In this document: positions 18,669 to 29,230 of the stretch, in pieces
How the letters are laid out: each line of letters opens with the position of its first letter
How positions within the stretch are numbered: the stretch's first letter is position 1
NCBI GenBank assembly: GCA_028286585.1
Contig: JAQBRI010000006.1
Span: 16,558-80,557, forward strand
DNA from: Candidatus Kaiserbacteria bacterium
Lineage (GTDB): Bacteria; Patescibacteriota; Minisyncoccia; Phycocordibacterales; UBA2100
Direction of reading: 5' to 3'
DNA: 64,000 nucleotides
Position numbers and translations under genes: made by a program
Notes under the pieces: model-generated
What the model saw: only the letters and a program-made list of their open reading frames with translations
Told to the model about the DNA's origin: nothing
Databases searched by the model: none

Positions 18669-19525
18669 GAGTGAATCTTGGTGATTTCATGCACATATTC
18701 CTCGAGGGTTTTTTCTGGACTCCAACCCAGCGCATATGATTTAGTTGCGTCCAGAATGGATGTCAGGCGATTGCCTTGTCGTTCAGGCAGCATTTCAATT
18801 GGCAGGTTAAAAAGTTTTGCGATTTCAAGAATAGAGTACGATCTTTCGGCTCCAAGGCCAAACTCGTCACCTTCTCCTTTTTCACCAACTAACAATAATC
18901 CTCTTACAATATCATCAACATGCGTAAAGATGCGCTCTTGGGTTCCCGGTGCCGTAACGGTAAGTCGCTCACCTTTGAGGAATTTTTGCTTGAATATTTC
19001 GATGACGGTTCCGTATGCATTACTTCGTTCTCCCGGACCATATACATTATAAAAATAGGTAATCGCGTACCTGAGTCCAAACCATTGTCCGTAATTGCGC
19101 ACCAAATCTGTATTACTTGCCTTGCTCCAGGCATAGGGACTTTGATCGCGGCCCATTCCACCATCGGCAAATTTAGTCGATGATCCGGCATAAATCAGTT
19201 TGCATTGGGAGGCACGCCAAAACTCCAGCACACCAAGCGTACCCGCAATGTTAAAATCCCATACTAGAGCTGGCTCGGTAAAACTAATTTCAACACGTGA
19301 ATATTCCCCAAGATGATAGATACAACCCACTGCATCGGTAATATGGCGTGCAATGTCCTTGGTATGGCCTTCGATATATTCAACTCCTTCGATGTGGTTG
19401 TCCCTAGAGCCTGTAAAGTAATTATCGAGTGAAATAACACGATTACCCCTTTCTAAGAGCGCCTTGCAAAGATGAGTGCCGACAAAACCTGCCCCTCCGG
19501 TCACCAGCACTGTTTTTTGGTTCAT
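18665..19525 (-). CDS. NAD-dependent epimerase/dehydratase (UDP-glucuronate decarboxylase/UXS-like SDR)
   Basis: VLVTGGAGFVGTHLCKALLERGNRVISLDNYFTGSRDNH; YAWSK (YxxxK). Confidence 0.7.
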   Translation of the reverse strand: MNQKTVLVTGGAGFVGTHLCKALLERGNRVISLDNYFTGSRDNHIEGVEYIEGHTKDIARHITDAVGCIYHLGEYSRVEISFTEPALVWDFNIAGTLGVLEFWRASQCKLIYAGSSTKFADGGMGRDQSPYAWSKASNTDLVRNYGQWFGLRYAITYFYNVYGPGERSNAYGTVIEIFKQKFLKGERLTVTAPGTQERIFTHVDDIVRGLLLVGEKGEGDEFGLGAERSYSILEIAKLFNLPIEMLPERQGNRLTSILDATKSYALGWSPEKTLEEYVHEITKIHS

Positions 19526-19561
19526 ACGACAAGAATACCTTGTATTAACCGTGGCTACAAA

Positions 19562-20455
19562 TTAGATGCTATTGCCTATCGAAAGCGAAAGCGCAAAAGC
19601 CAAAACAGTTACGAGTGAAAATAAAAACACCGACCTTCCCCATTTTTTATCATCTGTCGCATTAAATCCCCGAACAGCAAGCAGGAGCCATAGTACAGAC
19701 ACAAGACCCATGATGACTGCATAGATTTTGCCTTCGTATCCTGAGAGAAATAACCATTCTGAAAATACTCCAAACAGCACAATATAGGCAAGCGTGTGCA
19801 TTTTCGTTGTACGAACCCCATACACCACCGGCAAGACCGGGATGCCCGCATTTTTGTAATCGTCAAATCGATACAATGCTATTCCATATGAATGCGGCAT
19901 CTGCCAAACGACGAGTACTAAAAAAAGAAGTATCGCACCCAAATCAATATGATTTGTGACAGCAAGATATCCCACGACGGGCGGCACAGCTCCTGCAATA
20001 GCCCCGATAAGCGTTCCGTAGACACTCTTTCTTTTACCCCATAAGCTATACACCACTACATAAAAGAAAAGACCTACAAGCGCAACAAAAGTTGTGAGAA
20101 TATTTGTAAATACGAAAAGCACGAATACTCCCACAATTCCAAGAGCCAGTGCGTACAAAAAAATATTTCTCTTGGATATAACACCGCGCACCAGCACACG
20201 CTCTTTTGTGCGCTCCATCCGTGCATCAATATCGCGATCTATATAATTATTTATCACACATCCGCAGGCAATAATAAGTGATATTCCGACTAGAACGATA
20301 AGTAACAAAGTAATATCAAGATGGCCGCGGGTAGCCAAAAAATATCCCCCAATAACATTGATCGCATTACCGTAGATAATGCCCGGTTTTATAACAGAAT
20401 AGTATGCTTTTACTTGAGAGTCGCGAGGCATGATATTAGAGGGCATTTTGGACAT
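19562..20455 (-). CDS. cyoE: protoheme IX farnesyltransferase (heme O synthase, UbiA family)
   Basis: Multi-TM UbiA architecture, NYIDRDIDARMERTKERVL motif region; directly downstream of the quinol oxidase subunits. Confidence 0.85.
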   Translation of the reverse strand: MSKMPSNIMPRDSQVKAYYSVIKPGIIYGNAINVIGGYFLATRGHLDITLLLIVLVGISLIIACGCVINNYIDRDIDARMERTKERVLVRGVISKRNIFLYALALGIVGVFVLFVFTNILTTFVALVGLFFYVVVYSLWGKRKSVYGTLIGAIAGAVPPVVGYLAVTNHIDLGAILLFLVLVVWQMPHSYGIALYRFDDYKNAGIPVLPVVYGVRTTKMHTLAYIVLFGVFSEWLFLSGYEGKIYAVIMGLVSVLWLLLAVRGFNATDDKKWGRSVFLFSLVTVLAFALSLSIGNSI

Positions 20456-20813
20456 TTACCGTGCCGTCTCCCTGCATTGGTACCATGGTACGGCCTGTAA
20501 GATTGTTCATGACCCACAATGATCCAACAAGTAAAATCAGAATGATAACAATAGTAAAAATGAACGCGATAATATTCCAGCGCGCGTGCGATTTTGCGCT
20601 GAGATGTAAGAAACAAATCAGTTGCACAATCTGCTGAGTTACCGCGATCAAAATGATCACACCAGCTGCAACAGCATTTGAAAACATGTGATTAACCACA
20701 ATCATGTACGCTCCCAAGGTGAGTATAATCGACAATACAAAGCCGACTATGTAGCTCGAAAGCGTGCCGTGCGCTGCACCATATTCTGTATCCAATGTAT
20801 TAAAGTTTTCCAT
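20436..20813 (-). CDS. cyoD: quinol oxidase subunit IV
   Basis: 125 aa, three TM helices, operon position after subunit III. Confidence 0.7.
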   Translation of the reverse strand: MENFNTLDTEYGAAHGTLSSYIVGFVLSIILTLGAYMIVVNHMFSNAVAAGVIILIAVTQQIVQLICFLHLSAKSHARWNIIAFIFTIVIILILLVGSLWVMNNLTGRTMVPMQGDGTVNVQNAL

Positions 20814-20822
20814 AGTCCTAGA

Positions 20823-21413
20823 TTATAGTGTTCCCAAAAGGTATACGACGGTAAAGACGAATATCCAAATAATATCAAGAAAGTGCCAGAATATTCCAAG
20901 GGCAGTAAGCTTGCGAAGTATCTGCGGCGAGAGTCCCCTGTCGACAATTTGAATCATGAGGGTAAACATCCACAATAATCCCAAACTTACATGAAGAGCA
21001 TGTGTTCCGACAAGCGTAAAAAATGCCGAAAGAAATCCGCTTCGAGTCCAGCTGATACCTTCGTTCACAAGATGTGAAAACTCATTTATTTCCAATGATA
21101 CGAACGAAAGTCCTAGGAGAATAGTGATGGCAATTAATATAAGTGCAGTGTTTTTGCGATGATGATGCACTGCAAGCATAGTGAGTCCATAGGTAAAGCT
21201 TGAGCTCAAGAGTATGAGTGTTTCGACAAGAACAAAGGGTAGGTTAAAGATGTCTTTAGCTGAAGGTCCACCAAAAGTATTGTTGTGCAAAACGGCATAG
21301 ACAATGAAAAGTGCCGCAAAAAGAAAACAGTCACTCATGATATAGATCCAGAATCCAAAAACTGTTCGCGCATCGGCTTTGAGATGATGATTATGCAATG
21401 TTAAGTCGTTCAT
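20823..21413 (-). CDS. cyoC: quinol oxidase subunit III
   Basis: 196 aa, 5 TM, typical CyoC/QoxC. Confidence 0.85.
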   Translation of the reverse strand: MNDLTLHNHHLKADARTVFGFWIYIMSDCFLFAALFIVYAVLHNNTFGGPSAKDIFNLPFVLVETLILLSSSFTYGLTMLAVHHHRKNTALILIAITILLGLSFVSLEINEFSHLVNEGISWTRSGFLSAFFTLVGTHALHVSLGLLWMFTLMIQIVDRGLSPQILRKLTALGIFWHFLDIIWIFVFTVVYLLGTL

Positions 21414-23383
21414 ATTGTTTTGTGTCTTCGTGATTCTATAAGTGCGACTGTTTCTGCCGATACAACATATTCTGTCTCCTGATCAAATGATCGGACCATG
21501 ACACTCGCAATGATACCGATAAGTGCCACGGCACAGAGCCATGTAATATGCCATACGATTGCAAATCCAAACACGAGTGCAAAAGCTGCAATAATAAAAC
21601 CGAGCGGTGTATTCTTTGGCATAACGATGTCCTCGTAGGAACTATGCTGCGGCCGCATGTGCGCTTCTCCATATTTCATATCCCAAAAAGCGTGTCTGCC
21701 ATGGACTGTTGGAATATGCGCAAAGTTGTAAAACGGTGGCGGCGATGAAGTCGACCATTCAAGTGTACGACCATCCCACGGATCGCCCGTTAGATCTTTA
21801 TTGTGCTTACGGTCACGGAAACTTACATATAGTTGTATACCCTGGAATACGCCGCCAAGCGCTATGATACAGACGCCTATCGCAGCAATAATCAGAAATG
21901 GCTGCCATCCTGTTGTAATATCATAATGACTCAAGCGCCGAGTCATGCCCATGAGTCCAACGATATAAATTGGCAAAAAAGCGACAAAGAATCCGATGAC
22001 CCAGCACCAAAATGCGTATGTGCCATATTTTTCATTAAGTTTGAATCCAAAGAACTTTGGAAACCAATATGCGAGTCCGGCAAAGTAGCCAAAGATAACA
22101 CCGCCGATGATTGTGTTATGAAAATGCGCAATCAAAAAGAGACTGTTATGCAATTGAAAGTCCGCAGCTGGAATTGCCATCAATACTCCTGTCATCCCAC
22201 CAAACGTGAATGTCGAAATAAATCCCATTGTCCACAACATCGGCGTGGTAAATGTAATGCGGCCGCGGTACATGGTAAACAGCCAGTTGAATATTTTGAC
22301 ACCAGTTGGAATGGCAATGATCATCGTCGCAATACCAAAAAATGCATTCACATTAGCGTCCGCGCCCATCGTAAAGAAGTGATGCACCCACACGATAAAT
22401 GAAAAGAATGTGATAGCGACCGTTGCCCAAATCATCGTGGTATAGCCAAAGAGTTGTTTGCGCGAAAAGACCGGCACCACTTCGGAAAAGATTCCGAATG
22501 CGGGAAGAATCAGAATATACACCTCGGGGTGTCCCCACGACCAGATCAAATTGATATACATCATTGGATTACCACCAAAATCTGCGCTAAAGAAATGCAT
22601 CCCATAAAATCTATCGAGAAACAAAAGTGCAAGCGTGACTGTGAGAATTGGAAATACAATAACCACCAAACTCATCGCCGAAAGCGTCGTCCAAACAAAA
22701 ACCGGCATACGCATCAAGGTCATGCCTGGTGCGCGCATCCGAAGTATGGTGACGAGAAAATTAATACCAGACAAGAGCGACCCTACGCCTGCGATTTGAA
22801 TACACCAAATATAATAATCAACGCCGACACCCGGGCTATACACAAGTTCTGAAAGTGGCGGGTACGCAAGCCAACCCGTGCGTGCAAATTCACCAATCGA
22901 AAGCGACAGATTCAAGAGAAGCGCTCCCGAAACCGCAAGCCAAAGACTAAGCGAATTAACAAACGGAAATGCGACGTCGCGGCTGCCTATAAGAAGAGGC
23001 GTGGCTAGATTAATCAGCCCAAACATGAGCGGCATCGCTACAAAGAAAATCATTATCACGCCGTGCGCAGTAAAAACCTGGTCATAATGATCAGGCGGCA
23101 AAAAACCGTGTGCACTCCCTGCAGAAACTGCCAATTGCCCGCGCATCATTGCAGCATCTATAAATCCACGCACCATCATCACAAATGCGAGGATAAGATA
23201 CATAATTCCTATCCGTTTATGGTCAACTGTGGTAATCCAGTTTTTCCAGAGCCACGTCCAACGATGTTTTACGGTAAGAATACTGAGAACTGCAATAACC
23301 ACGATGCTCATTAAAATGGTTGCGCCAAAAATGATCGGATCATGGGGAAATGCACTCAAGGTCAGGTTGCCAAAAAGATTCAT
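21410..23383 (-). CDS. cyoB: heme-copper quinol oxidase subunit I
   Basis: 657 aa; [20 protein letters not shown]-like motifs of heme-copper oxidase subunit I with the C-terminal extension typical of CyoB. Confidence 0.9.
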   Translation of the reverse strand: MNLFGNLTLSAFPHDPIIFGATILMSIVVIAVLSILTVKHRWTWLWKNWITTVDHKRIGIMYLILAFVMMVRGFIDAAMMRGQLAVSAGSAHGFLPPDHYDQVFTAHGVIMIFFVAMPLMFGLINLATPLLIGSRDVAFPFVNSLSLWLAVSGALLLNLSLSIGEFARTGWLAYPPLSELVYSPGVGVDYYIWCIQIAGVGSLLSGINFLVTILRMRAPGMTLMRMPVFVWTTLSAMSLVVIVFPILTVTLALLFLDRFYGMHFFSADFGGNPMMYINLIWSWGHPEVYILILPAFGIFSEVVPVFSRKQLFGYTTMIWATVAITFFSFIVWVHHFFTMGADANVNAFFGIATMIIAIPTGVKIFNWLFTMYRGRITFTTPMLWTMGFISTFTFGGMTGVLMAIPAADFQLHNSLFLIAHFHNTIIGGVIFGYFAGLAYWFPKFFGFKLNEKYGTYAFWCWVIGFFVAFLPIYIVGLMGMTRRLSHYDITTGWQPFLIIAAIGVCIIALGGVFQGIQLYVSFRDRKHNKDLTGDPWDGRTLEWSTSSPPPFYNFAHIPTVHGRHAFWDMKYGEAHMRPQHSSYEDIVMPKNTPLGFIIAAFALVFGFAIVWHITWLCAVALIGIIASVMVRSFDQETEYVVSAETVALIESRRHKTI

Positions 23384-23386
23384 ATA

Positions 23387-24301
23387 TTATATGCCCCGCA
23401 TATCAGCACTTGTCATGTTCATATCCATCCCATTCATCTGCGTTGAAGGCATCATATATTTCATAATAATTGTATCATAGAGCCCTGATGGAACTTGGGA
23501 ATAAAAGTGTATCTTTTCACTCTCACTTGGTTTAACGAGTGCTTCGTACGTCGAACTGGTAAGTGAATTGTCAGAATTTTGTACTGCGGTAACCCAGGTA
23601 GCGTAATCTTCGGAACTAACCGCTCGAGCAACAAACGTCATGTCCGAAAATCCATTACCGCTAAAGTTTGCCGATGAACCGCGGTAATCACCAATTGTAT
23701 CTGCCGAAAGATTGAGCTGCGTTTGCATGCCAGGCATCGCATAAATTTGTCCGCCTAGCCGTGGTATCCAAAAGGAATTCATTGGGGCATCGGCCGTAAT
23801 AACAAATCGAACGGGAGTATCTTTTGGAAACTCTACAAAATTGAGTGTCGCTATTCCCTCTTTAGGATAAATGAACAACCATTTCCAATTGAGAGCAACT
23901 ACTTCGATCGTCATGGTCGGATTCTCATCGATAATCTGTCGGTACGGATCAAGCTCCTTGGATGAAACCCATGTTATGGCCGCAAGAAGGCAGATAATAA
24001 ATATCGGGATCATCCACCAGACAGTTTCGAGTAAAACACTATGTGACCATTCGGGACTATATTTTGCCGAGGTATTTTCTGCTCTATAACGCCATGCAAT
24101 CACATAACTTAATCCGACGACTGGCACGACTACAAGGAGCATGAGCACAACAGAAATAATAATGAGACTTCGTTCCTGCAAAGCAATTACTCCGTTTGGC
24201 TGGAGGATTCCGAGAGAGTGTCCCAGTGTAAAATAATAGAGAATGCCACAAAAACCGACTGCAAAAATTAATAGTGCGAGAGCTTTGAGCGCAAATTTCA
24301 T
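23387..24301 (-). CDS. cyoA: quinol oxidase subunit II (no CuA ligands)
   Basis: NSFWIPRLGGQIYAMPGMQTQL closely matches the E. coli CyoA region; the Cys/His CuA motif is absent, so it is quinol- rather than cytochrome c-type. Confidence 0.85.
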   Translation of the reverse strand: MKFALKALALLIFAVGFCGILYYFTLGHSLGILQPNGVIALQERSLIIISVVLMLLVVVPVVGLSYVIAWRYRAENTSAKYSPEWSHSVLLETVWWMIPIFIICLLAAITWVSSKELDPYRQIIDENPTMTIEVVALNWKWLFIYPKEGIATLNFVEFPKDTPVRFVITADAPMNSFWIPRLGGQIYAMPGMQTQLNLSADTIGDYRGSSANFSGNGFSDMTFVARAVSSEDYATWVTAVQNSDNSLTSSTYEALVKPSESEKIHFYSQVPSGLYDTIIMKYMMPSTQMNGMDMNMTSADMRGI

Positions 24302-24332
24302 ATACTATTCTTTCGCTCAGTATAGCAAACCT

Positions 24333-25250
24333 TTACCCGACATCTTCGACATCCCATTCATCTTTTTTCAGTCGGCGGATAGCTTCGCTACCCAAACCAA
24401 CAAGTGCAGCAAGGCCGGTCGCGACAGCAAGATATACATCCCAAGAATGTTTCGGTGGCGTCGCCACAGCAACTGAAGCAGTTTGATCTGACTCTGCTGG
24501 AGCACTGGAAACCGTTGTCGTGCCTACGGTTGCCAAATCATTCCAAGAATCAGCAGCAGTGCTTTGCGTCGTTGGTTTTTTCTTTTTCGAAGTCGAAGTT
24601 TTTGCCTTGCCCACCGTCGCATCCTGCGAAGGCTGGGTCGCAGGTTTTTTTGTTATTACTGCCGCAGTCTTGGTAGTTGCTATTACAAACCGAGATGCAA
24701 CAGAAACCTTTGTAGTAAAAGTACCTGGCGAAGGCGCCTGCGAAGTAAATGCCACATGAATGGACGCACGCTGCAGTGAATTACCGTCATTACTTGCACC
24801 ATCTGATTTACTATAGAGTGCGCTCGCGACATCGGTACCTGCACTATTCACAAATGATATGTATGCGCCAGTATTAGGCAGCGAAAATGCTGAAACCATG
24901 ATAGGTACGCCCGTGTCTCCATTCTCAGTCTCAAATGCTTTTTGATTTCTCACAATAAGTGCATGCTGATTTGGTTCTACAAATTCACTACCTGTTTTTA
25001 TAATTACATGATTCTTGCCGCCAATATGCGTTTTTAACGCAGATAAGTCTACCGATAATGTACCGTCGTTATATACCTCGATCCATTCACGATCACTATC
25101 GCTTCCTCTTGGATCGTACATGATTTCTGTAATAATAAGATTCGCATGAGCTACATGGGGAGCTATCAAAATAAGCATCACAAAAACTACTCCCCTTATA
25201 CCCCATACTCTATTTGCTACTCTTTTATGTGTTGTGTTATGACCCCTCAT
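24333..25250 (-). CDS. secreted/cell-surface lamin-tail-domain (LTD) protein with Thr/Ser-rich linker and C-terminal TM anchor
   Basis: N-terminal TM/signal, LIITEIMYDPRGSDSDREWIEVYNDG (LTD signature), low-complexity T/S/K stretch, C-terminal hydrophobic segment. Confidence 0.6.
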   Translation of the reverse strand: MRGHNTTHKRVANRVWGIRGVVFVMLILIAPHVAHANLIITEIMYDPRGSDSDREWIEVYNDGTLSVDLSALKTHIGGKNHVIIKTGSEFVEPNQHALIVRNQKAFETENGDTGVPIMVSAFSLPNTGAYISFVNSAGTDVASALYSKSDGASNDGNSLQRASIHVAFTSQAPSPGTFTTKVSVASRFVIATTKTAAVITKKPATQPSQDATVGKAKTSTSKKKKPTTQSTAADSWNDLATVGTTTVSSAPAESDQTASVAVATPPKHSWDVYLAVATGLAALVGLGSEAIRRLKKDEWDVEDVG

Positions 25251-25262
25251 GACCCCTCTGTT

Positions 25263-27455
25263 TTATGGATTACCAATAATTTTGCGAAGCATTTCTGGCG
25301 AAATATCTGATTCGATGTCGGTTTCCGACTCAGGCGGAAGCATTGTTCGCGGCGGTTGTGTAGTTTGTGTTTGCTGAACGGGTGGCTGGTTTACGGTCAC
25401 ATGCGTCTGTATTATTGTATTCTCGAGTTTAGGTGGGACTACCGCAGCAGGATGCGGTTGGTGAATATGCATGTGTGTATGTTTGTGATGCGATTCCTGA
25501 GGCTTTTGTGTGGGAGCTGGTGTCGGTTGGGTGTTTGGCTTCTTTTGCATTTTTTCACGCAATATTTCTGCAGGAGTTTTAACTCGAGGTGTGGAAGCCG
25601 CAGGAGTAACGGGAGCCGCAGGTTTTGCCCGCGCTGCCTCTATCGCATCTCGAAGTGATGCACGCGGATCGGCTTTTACTGGTGGTGGCACAGATTCCGT
25701 TCTCTCTGCATGCGTATTGGATTGCGCAAACGAACGCTGATCTGTCTTTGTTTCAAAGTTGGTGGTAACTGTATTTCGGTTTACAACGAGCGTCGGCTGA
25801 AAATTAAACGTGGACTTTCTCTCGTCTCTCTGGATGGATACGACTGACGTTGCCGGTCTTGGCTCTACCGGAGTACTTACTTTATTTGTAACCGAACGAA
25901 GTGCGGCAAGCGGAGACTGGCCTTGCTGTTGCGGCGAATTGTTCTGAGAGTAACCTCCTCCCTGTGGGCCATATGTTTTCTTTTTTGCATCTCGAGGAGG
26001 CGCCACAAATTCTGACTGCTTTGCAGCAATATATTGCTCGATATCGGCGCGCGTCCGCGCATATGCAGCACGTGAATGTACAATCACATCATCCTTGTAA
26101 GAAATAACCGGTTTTTCAATAGGCGGAATCGTTTCCGCAGAAAATGGCTGTGAACCCACTCCGTCAATCATGAGTGTGAGGTAAATTTGTCCGAGACCAA
26201 GGTTAACAAGGTCTTCTGCCAAAAAGGTTGGCTCAAAAACAGTCTTTAGCGTTTCGGCGTCAAATGGTCCTACGCGAAACGTAATCAAGGTTCCCACGTT
26301 TCCAAACACTGCATCACGAACAGTTTCCTCCATTTGTTCGATGTACTGGTTGGCAAGCGTGAGTGCTAGTTTGTATTTGCGTGATTCGGAAAGAATATCC
26401 GCAAACGCTTCGTTCATCATCGACTGAAATTCATCAACATAAAAGAAACATCGGGGCAGTTTTGCCATGCGGCTTGGCGGCTCATCAGCGCGGCTCATCG
26501 CAGCGAGATAAATCTTGACCGTAAGCATCGAACCCAACAACGACGCGTTGGTTTCTCCCATGCGGCCTTTAGAAAGGTTGACGATAAATATTTTCTTTTC
26601 ATCCATTGCCTCTCGCAAATTAAATGAAGATTTTGGTTGTCCCACAATATTACGAATCAAAGGATTTGATACGAATTGTCCAATCTTGTTCTGAATCGCA
26701 GGGAGCGCCTCGCGCGTATATGTATCGGTAAAGTTTGCGAATTCGTCGAGCCAAAACGACTTAACGATCGGATCAGTTACCTTTTCGATAACTGCATCAC
26801 GAAAGGTTTTGTTGACCAATAGGCGGTTTACGTCGAGCAAAGTCGAGCCCGGATACTCAAGAAGTGCAAGAAGGGTATTTTGCAATATATATTCCATACG
26901 TGCGCTCCATGCATCAACCCAAATACGCTTGAGCGCGCCCATGAGCCCGGCAACAACGAGGTGACGTTGATCAAAACCGATATCCTCCATGATATTAAAG
27001 CCCATCGGGTTTTCCGTATCAAATGGAGCAAAATAAATAACATCATTGATGCGGTCGTGCGGGACAAAGTCGAGCAACTTTTCAGCGGTCGAACCGTGCG
27101 GATCGATAAATGCGATGCCCTCGCCATGCTGAATGTCCTGGATAGCCATGTTTTCGAGCATGGTTGATTTACCCATACCAGTTTTTCCAATGACGTAGAT
27201 GTGTTTGCCTCGGTCAATTCCACGTATGCCAAACATCTCACGTTTGCCGCGTGTATGCGTTGCCGCAAAATAAGTAATTCTGCGATCATCGTCAACTGCT
27301 GGTTTGTGAGAATTGTCAGCGTTCATACGCAAAGTATAACAGAGGATTATATTTCTTGTGTCAATCGCCCGCACAGTGTGATACCTGTCATTATTGTGTT
27401 GTTGTAGTACTTTCTCCCAAAACCGATCGGAGTGAGCGATATTTGTTGGCGGCAT
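25263..27455 (-). CDS. TraD/VirD4-like type IV coupling-protein ATPase (FtsK/HerA superfamily) with a disordered Pro/Gln/Thr-rich C-terminal tail; start uncertain (alternative Met at 27326)
   Basis: Walker A VIGKTGMGKST, Walker B FFYVDEFQSM, IFIVNLSKGRMGE; C-terminal ~270 aa low complexity. Confidence 0.65.
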   Translation of the reverse strand: MPPTNIAHSDRFWEKVLQQHNNDRYHTVRAIDTRNIILCYTLRMNADNSHKPAVDDDRRITYFAATHTRGKREMFGIRGIDRGKHIYVIGKTGMGKSTMLENMAIQDIQHGEGIAFIDPHGSTAEKLLDFVPHDRINDVIYFAPFDTENPMGFNIMEDIGFDQRHLVVAGLMGALKRIWVDAWSARMEYILQNTLLALLEYPGSTLLDVNRLLVNKTFRDAVIEKVTDPIVKSFWLDEFANFTDTYTREALPAIQNKIGQFVSNPLIRNIVGQPKSSFNLREAMDEKKIFIVNLSKGRMGETNASLLGSMLTVKIYLAAMSRADEPPSRMAKLPRCFFYVDEFQSMMNEAFADILSESRKYKLALTLANQYIEQMEETVRDAVFGNVGTLITFRVGPFDAETLKTVFEPTFLAEDLVNLGLGQIYLTLMIDGVGSQPFSAETIPPIEKPVISYKDDVIVHSRAAYARTRADIEQYIAAKQSEFVAPPRDAKKKTYGPQGGGYSQNNSPQQQGQSPLAALRSVTNKVSTPVEPRPATSVVSIQRDERKSTFNFQPTLVVNRNTVTTNFETKTDQRSFAQSNTHAERTESVPPPVKADPRASLRDAIEAARAKPAAPVTPAASTPRVKTPAEILREKMQKKPNTQPTPAPTQKPQESHHKHTHMHIHQPHPAAVVPPKLENTIIQTHVTVNQPPVQQTQTTQPPRTMLPPESETDIESDISPEMLRKIIGNP

Positions 27456-28731
27456 CCCACACCAAATACGACGAGAGACCTGCGTCTGTGGTCGCTTTAA
27501 TCTGCGCGGTTACCATCGCAGGCGTGTACGTGACAGGATAATCAAATGACTGTAGCCAAGGACGGATTTTTGAAGCCGGGTAACTGTCCTTTGAATATAC
27601 AGTTTTAATAGCAACCGTACTGCTTGCAGTTTTAGTAGCAGGAATTATGGTTTTAATTTGAACAGCATGTGAACCAATGATTTGATACGGACTCGTTGTA
27701 GCTTCTGCACGAGCGACAGCGCGCTGCATTTCAATATGCACAATGTCATACGGATGCGCATTTACGTCAGAATATCCATTGAACCCTTTATTGTAGTGCG
27801 ACGGATAGACCATTGGATCGATATAATCAAAGTATGGCATGGCACGTTCAAGTACTTGCCCGATACCAAGATCGTCTTCGCTCGATGATACGAGCCCAAA
27901 CATATCAGCTGAAGTTGTGATACCGGCTGCAGTCATCTTGTCGTGCAGATAACTAAAGAATTGTTCGAGTGCAACCTGTTTGGCTTTACCAGCGTCATAT
28001 GTAAATACTGCCTCCGAAAGCGGGCCGTCCGATGGAAAACGTATGTAATCGAAATTGATCTCATCAAAGCCCATCTGATCATGCGAAACTATTGCCAGGG
28101 TTGCTATGTAATCCCAAAATGGTTTTGCACCAACGTCGATAAACGCGAGTCCCCCATAATTTTTCCACACTCCACCTCCTTTCTTTTGCACTGCCCAGTC
28201 GGGATGCAGCTTTGCATGCAATGGATCTTGAAATGTTGTGACGCGGCCAATAACATAGATGCCCTTTTCATGCAGTTTTTGAATAAATGCTTTCATGTCT
28301 TTCGCACCGCATGCGGTAGACACATATGGCGCAAGCGCTGGGTCGGTGCTTGGAAACGAAATGCTGCCCGAAAAATCTTTGATGTCTATAATGATCGAGT
28401 TTAACTTACTATCGTCGACAAACTTAACCAACGAATCTCGAAAAGAAGGGGTTCCGACAACACACTGCGACATGTAAATTGCTCGCACGTCTGTTGGAGT
28501 AGCAATATGTGTAACATCCCCGCTAGCTACGGCAACCGGGGTTGGAGTATTTACGACAGTACTTGTCGATGATGTTGCGACTGCGCCTCGAACATACGCC
28601 AAGTCTGATTTTTTTGCATACAAATTAATGCCGGAAAAGAGGCCAAATAATACGACACCCGAAATTGCAAACAGGGTGACGTAGCGTAGTACAAAAGTAC
28701 GCTGCAATATTTTGTTATTAGATTTCTTCAT
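27391..28731 (-). CDS. membrane-anchored secreted TIM-barrel glycoside-hydrolase-like protein (DUF4015/GHL-type); start revised to MKKSNNK at 28731
   Basis: N-terminal TM; IIIDIKDFSGSISFP...YVIGRVTTFQDP pattern typical of the putative glycosyl hydrolase-like family. Confidence 0.45.
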   Translation of the reverse strand: MKKSNNKILQRTFVLRYVTLFAISGVVLFGLFSGINLYAKKSDLAYVRGAVATSSTSTVVNTPTPVAVASGDVTHIATPTDVRAIYMSQCVVGTPSFRDSLVKFVDDSKLNSIIIDIKDFSGSISFPSTDPALAPYVSTACGAKDMKAFIQKLHEKGIYVIGRVTTFQDPLHAKLHPDWAVQKKGGGVWKNYGGLAFIDVGAKPFWDYIATLAIVSHDQMGFDEINFDYIRFPSDGPLSEAVFTYDAGKAKQVALEQFFSYLHDKMTAAGITTSADMFGLVSSSEDDLGIGQVLERAMPYFDYIDPMVYPSHYNKGFNGYSDVNAHPYDIVHIEMQRAVARAEATTSPYQIIGSHAVQIKTIIPATKTASSTVAIKTVYSKDSYPASKIRPWLQSFDYPVTYTPAMVTAQIKATTDAGLSSYLVWDAANKYRSLRSVLGESTTTTQ

Positions 28732-28960
28732 GCGGAGATGAGGTATTTTCTCGCGCCGGTTGACTATCAACAAATTCCGCATTTGGTGGCGGTACTACCA
28801 CTGCATGACCACGGCGTCGCAAGGTGACACCGCACATAATGAAGACGATTCCAAAAAAAGTATACAGCGGTCGATCCCAGGAAGACGGAAAACCAAGATA
28901 TGGGAGAACAACGGTCAGTACGCCGGTAAGCATGATGAGTGCGTCAAGTGTCATGCTCAC
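28718..28960 (-). CDS. small two-TM membrane protein (hypothetical)
   Basis: 80 aa ORF, two hydrophobic helices; short overlap with the downstream gene. Confidence 0.3.
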   Translation of the reverse strand: MSMTLDALIMLTGVLTVVLPYLGFPSSWDRPLYTFFGIVFIMCGVTLRRRGHAVVVPPPNAEFVDSQPARENTSSPHEEI

Positions 28961-29230
28961 TATTATATCAGATTAAATAAAAAAGTGATGACCCCGATGC
29001 GCGTTGCATCGGGGTCAAAAGGGACGAGACTCAGAGAATCGTCCGGAGGAGCATCACCGCAACAACTGCCGCGATCAGGATTCCCGCCGAATATGGGAGG
29101 ATTCTGTCGTGGTAGAGGGTGACACCGAACTTGTTGTATATATGTGTGCTATAGGTACGCATTACACTTACTCCTGGCACAGTGTGAATCTGGTGTAATT
29201 ATACATCAAATACAGTAATTGTCAAGGGTA

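Noticed and set aside
21436-23314. Multiple 60-190 aa ORFs on both strands inside cyoB (e.g. 21833-22402, 22454-22852, 23063-23314)
   Set aside because: Embedded in or antisense to a highly conserved 657-aa cyoB frame; typical spurious ORFs
24404-24779. Overlapping ORFs antisense to the LTD protein and low-complexity repeats (also 36450-36900 and 25300-25800)
   Set aside because: Repetitive nucleotide texture is explained by coding Ser/Thr/Pro/Gln-rich linkers; not CRISPR (no constant repeat/spacer periodicity) and not tandem DNA repeats
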